Assembly: GCA_000320545.1 (NCBI GenBank)
Contig: ADNK01003312.1
Span: 1 to 64,000 of the forward strand
Reading direction: 5' to 3'
Source of the DNA: Bigelowiella natans CCMP2755
Lineage: Eukaryota > Protista > Cercozoa
Length of the DNA stretch: 64,000 bases
Below the pieces are notes generated by a model. It ran no database searches. It saw only the letters and a list, made by a program, of their open reading frames with translations, and was not told the origin of the DNA. A program made the position numbers and the translations under genes. The number at the start of each line of letters is the position of its first letter. Within the stretch, counting starts at the first letter, position 1. This document shows, in pieces, positions 1 to 12,362 of this stretch.

Positions 1-561
1 TATGTTAGGGCCAAGGTAAATCTGAAGATCGAGAAATAAACAAGAACCTTCTGGGGTGGCGTTGCAAAGGTTACCGAGAGGAAGGGGAGGAAGCAGTACT
101 ACATCTATGATGGGAACAGGGTCACCTTGCGCCACATCAGTCACCTAAAGAATTATGATATCGGTGAGAAGCTCCTAGAGGATGTTAAAGTAAACCCTAC
201 TGTGTGGGAGCGAGCAATGCCTTGTTTAGGACCCCGACCTAAGTTCGATGTGGAATATGGAAACAATAAGGTCAGGGTGAACGACGATTGGCGCATGAAG
301 ATTGTCTATCTAGGCTACCCTGGATTACGAAATATGGAGAGGGTAGCTATGAAAATAAAGGACGGAAAATATCAGCTACTCTACCTAGCTGTTCCCGACT
401 TACCCTTTGAGCACTGGTATAAGGTCCTGGGGGACCTTGATGCAGAGGGCTGGTATGGACACGAACCTAAGGACGAAGGTGAGTTCTGGGTAAGCGACAA
501 AGGAGATAAGGTTAGAGAGGAATCTATTACCTGGTGGTTGGTGAAGTTCCGAAAGCGATGA
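1..561 (+). pseudogene. 3' end of Ty3/gypsy-like pol (integrase C-terminal GPY/F / SH3-like region) with an in-frame stop
   Basis: Frame 1 reads YVRAKVNLKIEK*TRTFWGGVAKVTERKGRKQYYIYDGNRVTLRHISHLKNY. This resembles the gypsy integrase tail pattern (W.GP..V......Y.I.......H.S.LK.Y). There is a TAA at 37-39, no introns, and a polypurine tract and LTR follow directly. Confidence 0.65.
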
Positions 562-612
562 AGGTCTAAGGGAATAAGGAAGGAAGGAAGGAGCAACGTG
601 ACTTGGGGGAGG

Positions 613-1002
613 TGTAGCGCGTACCACTACGCGGGCACAAGTCACGTGCGACAACAAAGGGGTTGTCGCGGATATAGAATATAGATAACGTAGATATTAA
701 TACAGCATAGGCACGTGGGTTCCGGCGGGACTCATGGCAGCACACCGGAAGTGTGCTGCCCCACGTGCGGCGGCATTCGCGAAAGCTTCGCGAATGATTA
801 CGCAGTGCACGATTTAATAAAAATATAATCTTTAATAAAAATAAACACAACTCTTCAAAAGGAAGCAAACGTGCCTTTCCCCCCCCCTGCCTACTTGTGC
901 ACGTAGCGCCTCGGCCTGTGAACACCTTACGCGCAACATCTACACCACGGTGCTCTTGCTTGCTGGACCCTTGCTTATGGGAATGCGATACCAACGCTTA
1001 CA
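613..1002 (+). mobile_element. 3' LTR (~390 bp) of an LTR retrotransposon
   Basis: Polypurine tract GGGGGAGG (605-612) lies directly before TGTAGCG (613). The element ends CGCTTACA (1002), giving TG...CA ends with an imperfect terminal inverted repeat. It contains a TATA-like stretch (~671-700) and AATAAA signals (~816, ~835). Confidence 0.75.
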
Positions 1003-1254
1003 ATTCCACTTGATCGTGATGTTACGAAGAGTTTCAAGGGTTTCGTAGTTCAGAGGATTGTAACAACCTGGGGGGAGCAGTTACTCGAAACCGCAACTTT
1101 TCTTGACGATCAATGAAAATTTAAGATTTAGAAACTATCAGAAAATCGCATGTTTTTTTATTTATCGATATTTTTTCTTCTATTTCGAAGTTTTTAATAT
1201 GTCGTCGATATTATTTATGGGCTTATTTTGATTAAAGTAAAAATGTTCGATTAG

Positions 1255-1980
1255 AATGGTGGGTACATGTCGCCTGCCTGAAGATACGGGACCATTGGCA
1301 AGAATTCAAAATGTACATTGAGTTCTTGATGCGACAAGTATTCTATGCTATCGCAAGTCGTTTAACCAATGCAATTCTCCTTCACAGAATTATAATCAAA
1401 TTATTTAGCGTCCAGTTGCCCGACAGCCGTAGAATAGATGGGTCATTTTCGTCTGTTATTGGTAATCCAGATTGTCTCTATTGCAAGAACACCGTAAAAC
1501 TAACAAAGAGAATCTTTATGAAATCTGGCTTCTTCGAAATACGGGTGTTCGAATGTCAGATTTTTCTAAGAGACGAGTGGAGATTTTGTGAGATTTTTCC
1601 AATTTTAAGCTAGAAATGCCTGTCGCTTCAAGAAAATTCATAGGATTTTCGTGCTATGACATCCCTGCTCGGGGTTACAAACTAGACAAAGCGTTTCCCC
1701 AGATGGGTTTCAGCGTTTCGAAAATGCACGAAGTGCTTGCCAGCTTTCCTTGGAGCTGGTTGTTGGGGGAAGCAAAAAGAGGTATCACTTTCGAGGATCC
1801 TCTCAGCTGCATCATTGGAACAGCTTCATTCATTCATTCGTTCATTCGTTCAGGATGAAAGACTCCATCCGCTTTGGCGGCACAGTTGAAGTCAGCCTGC
1901 AGTCCATGGAAAGGGCGGAAATCAGCGCTCTCCATGCTTCCAGTTTCCGCGATCGAGTCACATGGTTTTTTCCTGAGTGA
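1255..1980 (+). CDS. Possible small spliced hypothetical gene or fragment
   Basis: AG/GT-bounded open segments (EWWVHVACLKIRDHWQEFKMYIEFLMRQ; GFSCYDIPARGYKLDKAFPQMGF...WSWLLGEAKR). No recognisable family and the exon phases are not fully reconciled. Confidence 0.3.
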
Positions 1981-1984
1981 CCAT

Positions 1985-2620
1985 GCAGAGATGGCGATGA
2001 TCTGGTGATCGTTGATCGATCTCCCTTTAGCCTCACTTGAACATGCATTGACATCACCCGGCACGCGTGGCATGCTAGCATGGCTAGATGGGGACATGTC
2101 ATTGTCATGCAACAACCCATCTAGCCATGCTCATGCCTCTACATTGTCTCATGTAACAACTTGTGTCTCCACAGCAGCATTGCAAAAGTTGCATTTTAGT
2201 CATTGTCATTGCATTGTGTTGATGCAGCAACATCAGCCTGTCGATCTGGTGAATGTCCTCGCGGCTTGAGTGATGTGGATTCAAACAAGCTTCCTTTTTT
2301 TTCCCCACTTGTCTAGTTGTGCATGCACTTGCCACGGATCAAAATGAACACGATTGTCAATGGCATCACGCACACGTGCCTGAATCATGAGAGTCACAAG
2401 CTAGCAAGCGCGAAATTCCATCCCTACGACCTGTTTGGTCATTGCTAGATTGGCACTCTAGCTAGCTTTAGCTACATCTACATGACATCATGCTAGCACG
2501 CACGCATTATCGAACAATGCCTGCACGGCTTCTAGAATTCATAATGTGTTGCATCGTATTGCCACTGTGAAAAATGTCGCAATGTTACGTTGTCGACGAT
2601 CATGTAAGAAAATATTCACA
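1985..2620. repeat. CATG/CTAG-rich intergenic patch with a 16-bp perfect inverted repeat (2077-2092 / 2116-2131)
   Basis: AGCATGGCTAGATGGG ... CCCATCTAGCCATGCT. The 22-mer at 2070-2091 matches 54214-54235 with one mismatch. Confidence 0.6.
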
Positions 2621-2632
2621 CAGAAATGTACG

Positions 2633-2950
2633 CTATTGTTGGCTACGCGTGATGGCATTGAGATCTTGCGCATGAGCCAGGATCATTTCTGCACCCTACG
2701 GCATCGAATATAACAGGTAGTATTGTGTGTATATGTGTGTAGACGTTATTGCACAAACCCATACATGGTGTGGTGCTTAGCATGTGAATGTCGTATGTAT
2801 GCCAGCAGTCACTGAAATTCTAAATAGCATTTATGATATAGTATGATGGCACCACCTTTTCAGCAATCATGAAAGTCGCAGCTTGCGTATTGCCTAAGAA
2901 GCAAAATGAAAATAAAACATACACACACACACACACACATACACACACAC

Positions 2951-2997
<47 letters not shown>

Positions 2998-3480
2998 ATA
3001 CGAGTGTGTTGTGTGTGCTTATTTATTTTAAAAATGAATTCATTTTACAGAACGCCTGAACATTACAGGCCTTTAGGCAACTTTATATGATTTATGCAGT
3101 GATAGGACCATTGGGTATGATTGGCATAACGGAGGCATCGATAACACGAAGATTCTCGACCTAAGAACAACCACAAGACTCACAATTTGCCACTCATTTG
3201 AATGCACAAGTACACCCACAAAATACTAGTAACGTTTTTTTGGATACATAAATCAAAAGTAACACACACACACACACATAAACAATATTTCTTATAGAAA
3301 GAGTAAAGGGGAGCGAGGGAAAAGATGTTCTAGTGAATATTGCTACATTATGCACTTTGAGCTCTGGATTGACCACTGACATCGGATCATGCCTACCCCC
3401 CAACAACACCGCCAACAGCACCAAACCATCCACTCAAGCCCCCTCCAATTCACACATACAAATAAAATTTAGACATATTG

Positions 3481-3519
<39 letters not shown>

Positions 3520-4880
3520 TACAATATGGCAGAAAATTCAACCAATTGAGCCTTTATTTGAATGCTGACCTGCTTCCCATTTTGCAGGTGCCTACAGGAT
3601 GATATCCTGTATCGACGTTGGCTCGTACCTTCAAGAAGAGTTTTATGATAAAATGAAACTCTTAAGGATTGGCAGGTCCACCACCATGATCTCATCATCC
3701 CACCCCTTGCCAACACACATGACTACGCACATTTGTGATAGATGTTCTGCGGAACAAAAGCGGCGAGAAATTCTTCCCGATTGGAACGGGCTATTTGTTG
3801 ATTTTGAACACCGTTATTTCGCACTCTTTGTTGCCGGCTGGTACAGTTGTTTTGGGGGCAATCACCCTCATCATTTTCTAGCTATTAATAGCATCAGCTC
3901 AATACAACATTAGCAACATGCGATGGTGTCTACCCAATCCTCCAATTCTTTGTCAGTCGAGACCTGAATCGGTAGCAGAGGGGGAGGGAGGGGCATTGAA
4001 TAACCCGATGGATAACATGAATTCGGGAAGATGCAGAAGGGGAGCGCCGGATGGAGAGAAAGCAAAAGCTATGGCTTAGAGAGAGAATAGAGAATTTGTT
4101 GGACTTTGATTTTGAAAGGAATCGTTACTGAGCAGATGATTGAAACATACGTCTTTTCCAGGCTGAAGCTCCTCCCCTCGAATGCCCTCAAATGCCTTCT
4201 GTGAAACCACCTAAGAGCCACAAGACGAGGCGTTATTTGTCGCTTCGATCTCCTCCTCAACGAGTTGAACTACAGTGCTTTTGACAGTAATAACACACTA
4301 CTTGCGGCACCTTTCTGCATATCTTAATGCCCTCCACAATTGAATCTAAATCGCGTCTGTCGGATAGATACCTGAAGATATCAACGACGACGACGATGAT
4401 GATGATGATGGTTTTCGCTACTACTACTTCTCATTTTCGTTACCATATCTCAAGCATGATTGGCTTGTTATTGAAGCCATTATTGGCTACTATTGAAAAG
4501 AGACTTACTTTGGGTCGATTAAGGGCTTGTCTTTGGCGTTAATGCTTCTCAGACGAATAGTCCCTTAACATATTTCAATTAAGTGCCAATATGCAAGATA
4601 GAAACACCCCCCCCCCCCCCCCCCCCCCTTCCTATTGGAGTTGAAAGTAGGGAAAATTGACGGATGTCATTCCTTCCTTTTCCCTGTTGTATACTACACG
4701 CTATTCACACCTCGGCTCTTAGGAGTGACCGCGTGAGGTTTCAAGTTGAACCCCGTCGAGACTGGAGGCTCTAGCAGCAGCAGGAGCAGCATGTGACCAG
4801 ATATGTAAGAAGACAAGAAGAATCGTACCAGGAAAACAAATGCATGAGGTGGGTATTCACGCACACACACAGTACACAAC

Positions 4881-4919
<39 letters not shown>

Positions 4920-5590
4920 AGATGCATACCAAGGAGCAAATCTGCATTGGAACGAACGTGATCCTGAGCGATTCGTAGTTACAATGATACGTCAGTTAGC
5001 ACTTCTTACGAGCAAAAGAATACTCTCTTCCGTGGATTTCAACAGAACGGTCAAATCGATTCTGTTTGAGAGTACTCTCGGAAGAAATCCAAAACATCTT
5101 TTTCAAATATGCACATGCCAATACTGCTACATAACGACGGGTACAGCAGCCCTGTGAAACACTGATTCTCAGATATGTGCCGCAGAAGGGCAGGACACCG
5201 TTCATATTCTTGAAATAATAGGCTTTGATGTTGAGGAGTTGTTTCAAAACAGCTTTCTTCCTCCTCCTCCTCATCATCATCATCGTCTTCTTCTTCTTCA
5301 CCTTCTGTTTCGTCTTGATAGTTATACAACAATGTACCTGTTGGATTTGAATATCCGGGGGTCCTGTGCTGTTGCGACTGGTAAACAAGACAGTGTTTTC
5401 AGCGAAATGAATGGACACTAGCCTTCAATTTCACGACGAATATCACGTATGGTTTATTCTCTACCCCCCCCCCCCCCCTCCCCCTATGCTCTCTCCCACA
5501 AACAGGAACACTCGTAGGCGAATGGAGAAACCTTGAGGCGTACAGGTTGGCCTCCACGTGTGAAAACAGATGCATGGGATTTAGTCCTGC

Positions 5591-5641
<51 letters not shown>

Positions 5642-6009
5642 GTGACGATGATGATGATGACGATGATGGCTACGTGGTTACTTCATGTATAGAGATTCGT
5701 TCTGTCGCCTGGAAATATGTTTCACAATAAACGGGAGCAGCATGCGAACGACTATCTTCAAAACAAATGTCCGCCGGTCAAGCGACTCGTTTCACCCGGC
5801 GATGAGGACAGAAAACCGTCGATGTTTCCCGTTGGGACGTGTCAGAACGCATTACGCGATAGCACGTATTTTGCTCACTCTTTCAGCTAATGCGCACCTG
5901 CAAGCTTTGACTCCCATTTACATGCAACACGGGGATGGTCGACTAAGTTGCTTCCAACGCCTTTCGAATGGAGAATGGAACTGCTCAGTAATTCATGAGA
6001 ATGCATATG

Positions 6010-6051
<42 letters not shown>

Positions 6052-8122
6052 ACACACTCTTGCACAATACCAAACGCACTCATACGAAAAATGTACGTGC
6101 ATATAATGTATATATTTTAAGCAGACGAAGGACCTCTGAGAGCTACTTTGGGCTCTATGCCAACCTGTAGATTATCGCTGCCTTTAGTATCTTTGTCTTC
6201 TTCTTCTTCATCATCATCATCATCACCACCACCACCACCATTAGTTCTAACAGATATAAAGCAAACAACACGCATAATGTCTATTCAGAAACTAAAAACA
6301 CTGTCGTACCCCCCCCCACACACACATATATTGATTAATTCGCGAATTCTTGAAGATAAAGGGGTAGGGGGGGGAAGCTGAAACACCTCTCTCAAGTGCG
6401 AAGGAGGACCTATACCGCTCAGAAGAAGAATCTACAACAACATACATGATGAGGAAATATCTCCAACATTAGCAGCCAACAAGGCATAGCACTAGCGCAC
6501 CTGTGGAGACCCGATGACGCCAGCAGAGAGAATTATCTTTGTAGAGTAATAGAGAAGGCAATGTATATTTGATATGGAATGTGTCTCATGGTGCTGAGCC
6601 GCCTCTAGCTATCACGGCTGTACCTCGTTACGTGCTAAAACAAGATGCTTCTTGTCGGTTCTGTCCGTATAGGTCACCTGGCATTCGCGACATATGTGAA
6701 TGAGCAATATCAAACCCCACGAAGAGAACGCATTGCGCTTGCCAGAATGTAGAGAGAAGGAAGAATATGAGAGCGGGAGATTGCGTCTTTGCTGAAGTGC
6801 GAGAGAAGCTAATGGCGCGTGTCATCATCCTCTGCCATGCATCTAACCCTCAAACATAATCGCCGCCATCCAACACCACCAACATGTGAGTCATCATTTG
6901 CATGAAAGAGTTCTGAATACCCCAATAGCCTTTTGGACGCCCCCTCCATGATTTCCAGTGAGAAATATTCCTAAATTGAGTGGGTTTGTGCGCGTGTATG
7001 GTAGGCGAGAGAATAGTACCACAGGATGTAAAAATGCGTGCATATACTCAACGGTAGACTCCCTCATTGCTAATGCCCCATGCCCTGAGAGCAATTTTAC
7101 GTATATATCGCCACACCTGTAACAAGGCTGTTTGGCCTCACGTGCAGCTTGGGAGATTCCAACTGCTCAAGTTATCATTCAGTCACTTACAAAAAACCAC
7201 AGAGTGTAAATATATAAATATATTACGATTTTCGATAAGAATGCTCTTGAGGCCGTGACCTGAAGACAAAATAGACTTTCACGTTGAGCTATTAAAGGAG
7301 AATTGCCTCTCGCAATACGACATGTTTCGAGTCCTTGATGGTTTTGTATGCTATGTGAGGTGTATGCTCTAGTACCCTGTGGCCAGTATCGTCGCGGATA
7401 TACACCTGCATTTTTGCGTTTTGCAGCATTGTTAGCATTTTCTCTCTCAAACTACAATCTCTACTGAACAACTAACAAATGAAGGGGGAGTGGGGGAGGA
7501 GGGGGGGGGGGGGGCTGTCCTTTCTTTTTTCCTTTATTTCTTTATGATTTCCTATCTATCTCCGGCGGAGGTTCTCCGTGCCCATGTGCGGTTTTGTTTT
7601 CGCTGCTGGTAGATCGGCATACCTGGTATATCTGAACGCCGTCCTGAGGAGTGATAAGGGAGTTCTGGTCTTCGTTATCTTCAAACCCTGCTTGCACACA
7701 GGCCTGGCAAGGAAACAACCCGTTATACATGGGCGCCTCCTCTCAGCGTCTGCATAGAGTTGGCAGCAAAAGCAGAGGGATATCCCTCCGGTCTGTTCTG
7801 ACCTTGTGAAACGCCGTCGCTATGGGAGAGAGCTGCGCCTTTGGGATATCTGATACGCGAACGTCACCTAGGAACATGTACAGGAGGAGGATCTTACATC
7901 TTGCTTCAATCGATCGAGGAAATATTGACCGAATAAATCGGAGTGAGAGAGAAAGAGACAGGGAGGGAGAGAGGGGGGGAGGAGGGGAGGCGCGTCGTCT
8001 TCATGATGAAGCTAACAGGTGCTATGGAAGAGCTCTCTCACCGCCTTTCCCATGGGCTGTAGAGGACCCTGATGTTGTGAAGCAAAATCCATTCAAACAC
8101 ATGCACGAATGCACGTGCTACT

Positions 8123-8153
<31 letters not shown>

Positions 8154-8736
8154 ACACGTGATATGCTACAGGATATGCTCTAAATGATCAGCAATCGAAC
8201 CTCTTGAGTTGTCCTCGTAGCGCTTGAAATACGGCAGCGCCTCATCAGCACTCCATCTGATAGAGCATACCCACCACCCATTCATCAACCCACCAGCAGA
8301 GTACAAGGAGGATCATCAGAAATCAACGGCGGCACTGCATGTTCTCCATCGCATGACGATGTTCTCTCGTCATCTACATATCAAGGTCACTGCGGTGATA
8401 AACAGCTAAAATGAAGGGCCTTCGATCGTCTCTTGGCTTTGCATACCCGAAAGCGCCATTTGCAGCCCATTGGTCATAGATCTCTCTCGCGCCCCTGTAA
8501 GGACACAAGACGCGTTGCTCACCAAGGGAAATGTACGTGAAGGAGACGAAAGTCAATATCAGCGTATTGTATATATGTGTTGTGCACGCCGTTTTTCTTT
8601 TTTATGATCATCTATATCAACAAAGGAGAGAAGAGGCAAGCTGTTAGAAAGATGCTGATTCTTCACCGGTTGAACAACATGCCATTCACGAGAGAGGTGC
8701 CTCCAACACCGCGTCCTATATGTTAGCACACACACG

Positions 8737-8791
<55 letters not shown>

Positions 8792-9140
8792 GAACATAAA
8801 CACTATCAGAAGTAGATATCGAAGCAATAGAGGTGTGATTGATTGTTTCCCGTTGTCTTCATCATCGTTCTATCGTCCACGCACCTCGTGTGCAGCGAAT
8901 GTGCCTTATTATGCGTTATTTACGAGTGAAAAGGGGCGGAGAGGGAGAGATCAGAGGGCGTTAAGAGAGAGATATTTGTGAGCAGAAAGACGGTCGTGTG
9001 GTAGGCAGTAGCAGTAGAAGTAGTAGTGCTAGTGGAAGTAATAGTCGTTGTCATAGTACTACTACTACTACTACTAGTAGTGAGATAAACGTAATGTACC
9101 TGTCCCCACAATGAGGCTGCTCAACTGTCGCATATCTGCA

Positions 9141-9176
<36 letters not shown>

Positions 9177-9228
9177 AATGCTGATATATCACCAATTGAA
9201 GATGAGTGATGGGGAAGGGAGGGGGGTG

Positions 9229-9285
<57 letters not shown>

Positions 9286-9778
9286 GGAAGAGGGGGGAGA
9301 GGCAGAGAGGTTGAGTAGTAGTAAATCCAACCCCCAATTGAGCGTTGTGGCGAAAGCAGCGCCATATTTCATCGGATCATGGACGGAATCGTTCAAATCC
9401 TCCTAAAATATACAAAATCAGCAGCAGCAGCACATATACCATAAGAAGGTACATGGATAGCAAGGACAAAAACAGAACATAACAACGGTAGGTGGTCACC
9501 GCAGAGAACTCACAGAAGAAACATGCACTAGATCTTCCTCCTCATGTCATTGTATTGACTGATGAGCAACCACACCTTGAGCGAGTCTCCAGCCTCCAGG
9601 ACCACCACATTATAACCTTTTACAAAGGGGTGATTGCAGATTAGCAGTGCCCTATAGCACTAGATTCCATGCAGATGACCAAGATGTTGTATTCACTGCT
9701 ACATACTACCGTTCTCAGAGAGCCGATTTGCTACTAAACATCCAGCGCTAAGATGAATCAAAAGTTGATGCTATGTAA

Positions 9779-9816
<38 letters not shown>

Positions 9817-11618
9817 TATAATTTGTTATTATTAACGTATTCCAATGACAAAGTTGTCAAGAGGCTTTACTATTTGCTCTGTGATTGATTCATACACAAA
9901 GTCCCAGCATGCATCGTCACCGCACAACCTTCCTGCGCCGATAACGACGTAATCGGCAATTGTTGTTTGAAACGAATCTGATTGATGGTGATCGTAAGTA
10001 ATGACAACGAGACAAGCTCATACATAACAAGATGAAATATAGACAAATGCATATTAATATTAAAAACCATAGAGCTCACAGGCTCAGAAAACGCAACGCC
10101 GAATCAATCTGAGTACCAGCTTCGATGTCTTGTGTTGTCGCAGCTACGAGATCTGTGGCGTTTCTGGGGAGATTTTGCTTATCCGAAATCTCTCCTATTA
10201 TTATTAGCACCAATAGAGACAGAGAGAATGTCATCCTGACCTGTCTTGTTAAACGAATCATTCACAAAACTTAGGAAATAGCAAGCATCCGCACATCGGT
10301 GTAGGGAGTTATGCATTTCTTTGAAGAAACGTTGTGGTGCTATTTGAAGACTACCGATGAGGTAAGGAGCTCCAAACTTCTCCAATATTTCCTGCGTGCA
10401 GTATCATGGTAATGTATTTAAAGTGTGTGTATGTGTTTTCAGAGAAAGAGAGAAGGGGGGGGGGGGAGAAGGGGGTCCAGAATATGATGCATATCAATTT
10501 TAAATGGTGTTAATTCTTCCGAACCGAGTGATGAAGATGATGAAAGATATTCGTTGCATCCTTTTGATAACAATAAACTTCAGGTGATAATAGGCATCAG
10601 AGTAGCAAAATTGCATAGGCATACTGTCGCGTATCTTATTTCTCTGCTTCCTTGAGAGAAGCAAGCACCCAGAGGGATGAATAGAGCCACAGTACGTACC
10701 CGTGCTGCATACTGTGTTAGTTGCATGGTGTTATTACAACCTTTCCTGCGTTGTCCAAGATCGGCTGCTTGTTACCTGTTTAGATACCCATCAATATGGC
10801 TGCTCAGCATTGTGTTAAAGTCCATTCCGACTTTATAATTACGAACGTACATGTAACTTTGTGCGTGCGTGCGTGCGTGCGCGCGCGTGTGTTCAAATAC
10901 GCTTCCAAATGAGCATGATTAATGGTGGATGTGTTTCATTGCGGCAGACCCGGATGCAGGGCAAGCCATTCAGTCACATCGTAGACATTTCCTAAGTAGA
11001 GCATAGAAGTCCCGGGTTCAAATCAAGCAAGCTGTAGCCACGCCATATATGCGTATATTAGGAGAAATGCCATAGCATCACCAATGACCATAATTTCGAA
11101 ACAATATCGTCTGCAATGTGTGACATTACAGTATACCGTCAATTATTATCCAGCAATCTGTTTCCTTGCTATGCCTCCGAACCTCAGCCACCGTGAACCT
11201 TAAATGCAAAGGAGGGGGTGGATTATGCTTTAAAGATACATACGGTACTCTCCACGTACTTCTCACGATCGATTTCATTGAAGGTTATTCGAACGCATAG
11301 ACAGGTCAGTACCTCTTTGTCTCTGTTTCTGCGTGCGAATACTGATTGCGGTGGTACAAGCTTCCGACTAAGGCCAAAGCGGATCCTGTCGCTAAAGCCT
11401 GATGGGAGATCACACTCGATTCATTTTGTGTGATAAAGAGAGCGAGAACGGAAGAGGAAGAAAGAGGGGGAGTAGTGGGATTCGTGTAGCTGGGGGAAGG
11501 ACAGGGAAATGACACCTTCAGTCCCCTCCTGCGTGACCAGTACGTACTAGATCAAATAAACAAGGGAGTTAATCGAAAGCGTCATCGAGCTTTCTATTAA
11601 CCCACCGCTTCCCTTCAT
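2633..11618 (-). CDS. Cytochrome b5-GMC oxidoreductase fusion (choline dehydrogenase-like flavocytochrome), >30 small exons; start codon tentative
   Basis: Spliced translation of the b5 domain (~11198-10300): [21 protein letters not shown]|[13 protein letters not shown]|[12 protein letters not shown]|[12 protein letters not shown]|[18 protein letters not shown] motifs follow: [10 protein letters not shown]|[65 protein letters not shown]|[24 protein letters not shown]|TIRLRS..PLIDPK|[30 protein letters not shown]|[12 protein letters not shown]|GAEMIL. Stop at 2633-2635. Confidence 0.92.
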
Positions 11619-12362
11619 TCGCAGAGAACAGGGGAAAATCTACCAAACATGAATTTCAACTCGACGAACGAAAAGAGCGCCTCCTTGGAAACATGGGGGG
11701 AGGGGCGCGAGGTAGATACCCAAGTCGACGTAACCCTGACATCCATCCACGTGCTGTCACCTTCAGTCCCCTTCCAAAGACAGATTCTCGCAATAATATA
11801 TATATTCCTGATGATTAAAACGGCATGCGTTTTTGCATCGTCGCATCCAACCGGATTGACGTAATACAGAAATCAGCGACTTTTCTCGTCGGTGGGTATT
11901 GCATTTTATTCTGAAATTTTCTTCGTGGTCAAAGCAATCAACATAGGAGAAAATGCACTGGCAAGCTGGCAAGCGAAGATGACAGAAATCGCTCATTTTC
12001 TCGAACAAGCCATATGATGTTTTCTCGAATAAAAAACGTTCCAAAATGAGTAATTCGGGGAGAGAGATTTGTTCTGGATTTTTCGAAATCAACAAGCATT
12101 TTTCCTTGTCTCAGTGTAATTTTCAACAACGCGTTTCAGAAATTCGCCAGCAGCGGCTGCAAGAAAACGTCTGAATATACGCCTTTTTCCAGCTACGACA
12201 TGTGGAATATTTTGTCGCAATATCTCACCCATATTTGCTTCCGGGAATGGCGTTCTGCAATGGGCAGCATCGGTTGCGCGTTTACTTTTCTCCTTGAACT
12301 CTGGACCCCCACCCTTCCCCCCCCCCTCTCCCTTCCGCCCGTAATGCCGTAATGTGATTCAT

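Noticed and set aside
3090-3110. Apparent GC-AG intron in the GMC gene after PNGPIT
   Set aside because: A GT donor just upstream gives the conserved PNG|NT motif, so the intron is canonical.
10993-11030. tRNA-like words GTAGAGCA...GTCCCGGGTTCAAATC in a b5-GMC intron
   Set aside because: No anticodon arm or acceptor stem can be formed; at most a chance B-box match or SINE remnant.
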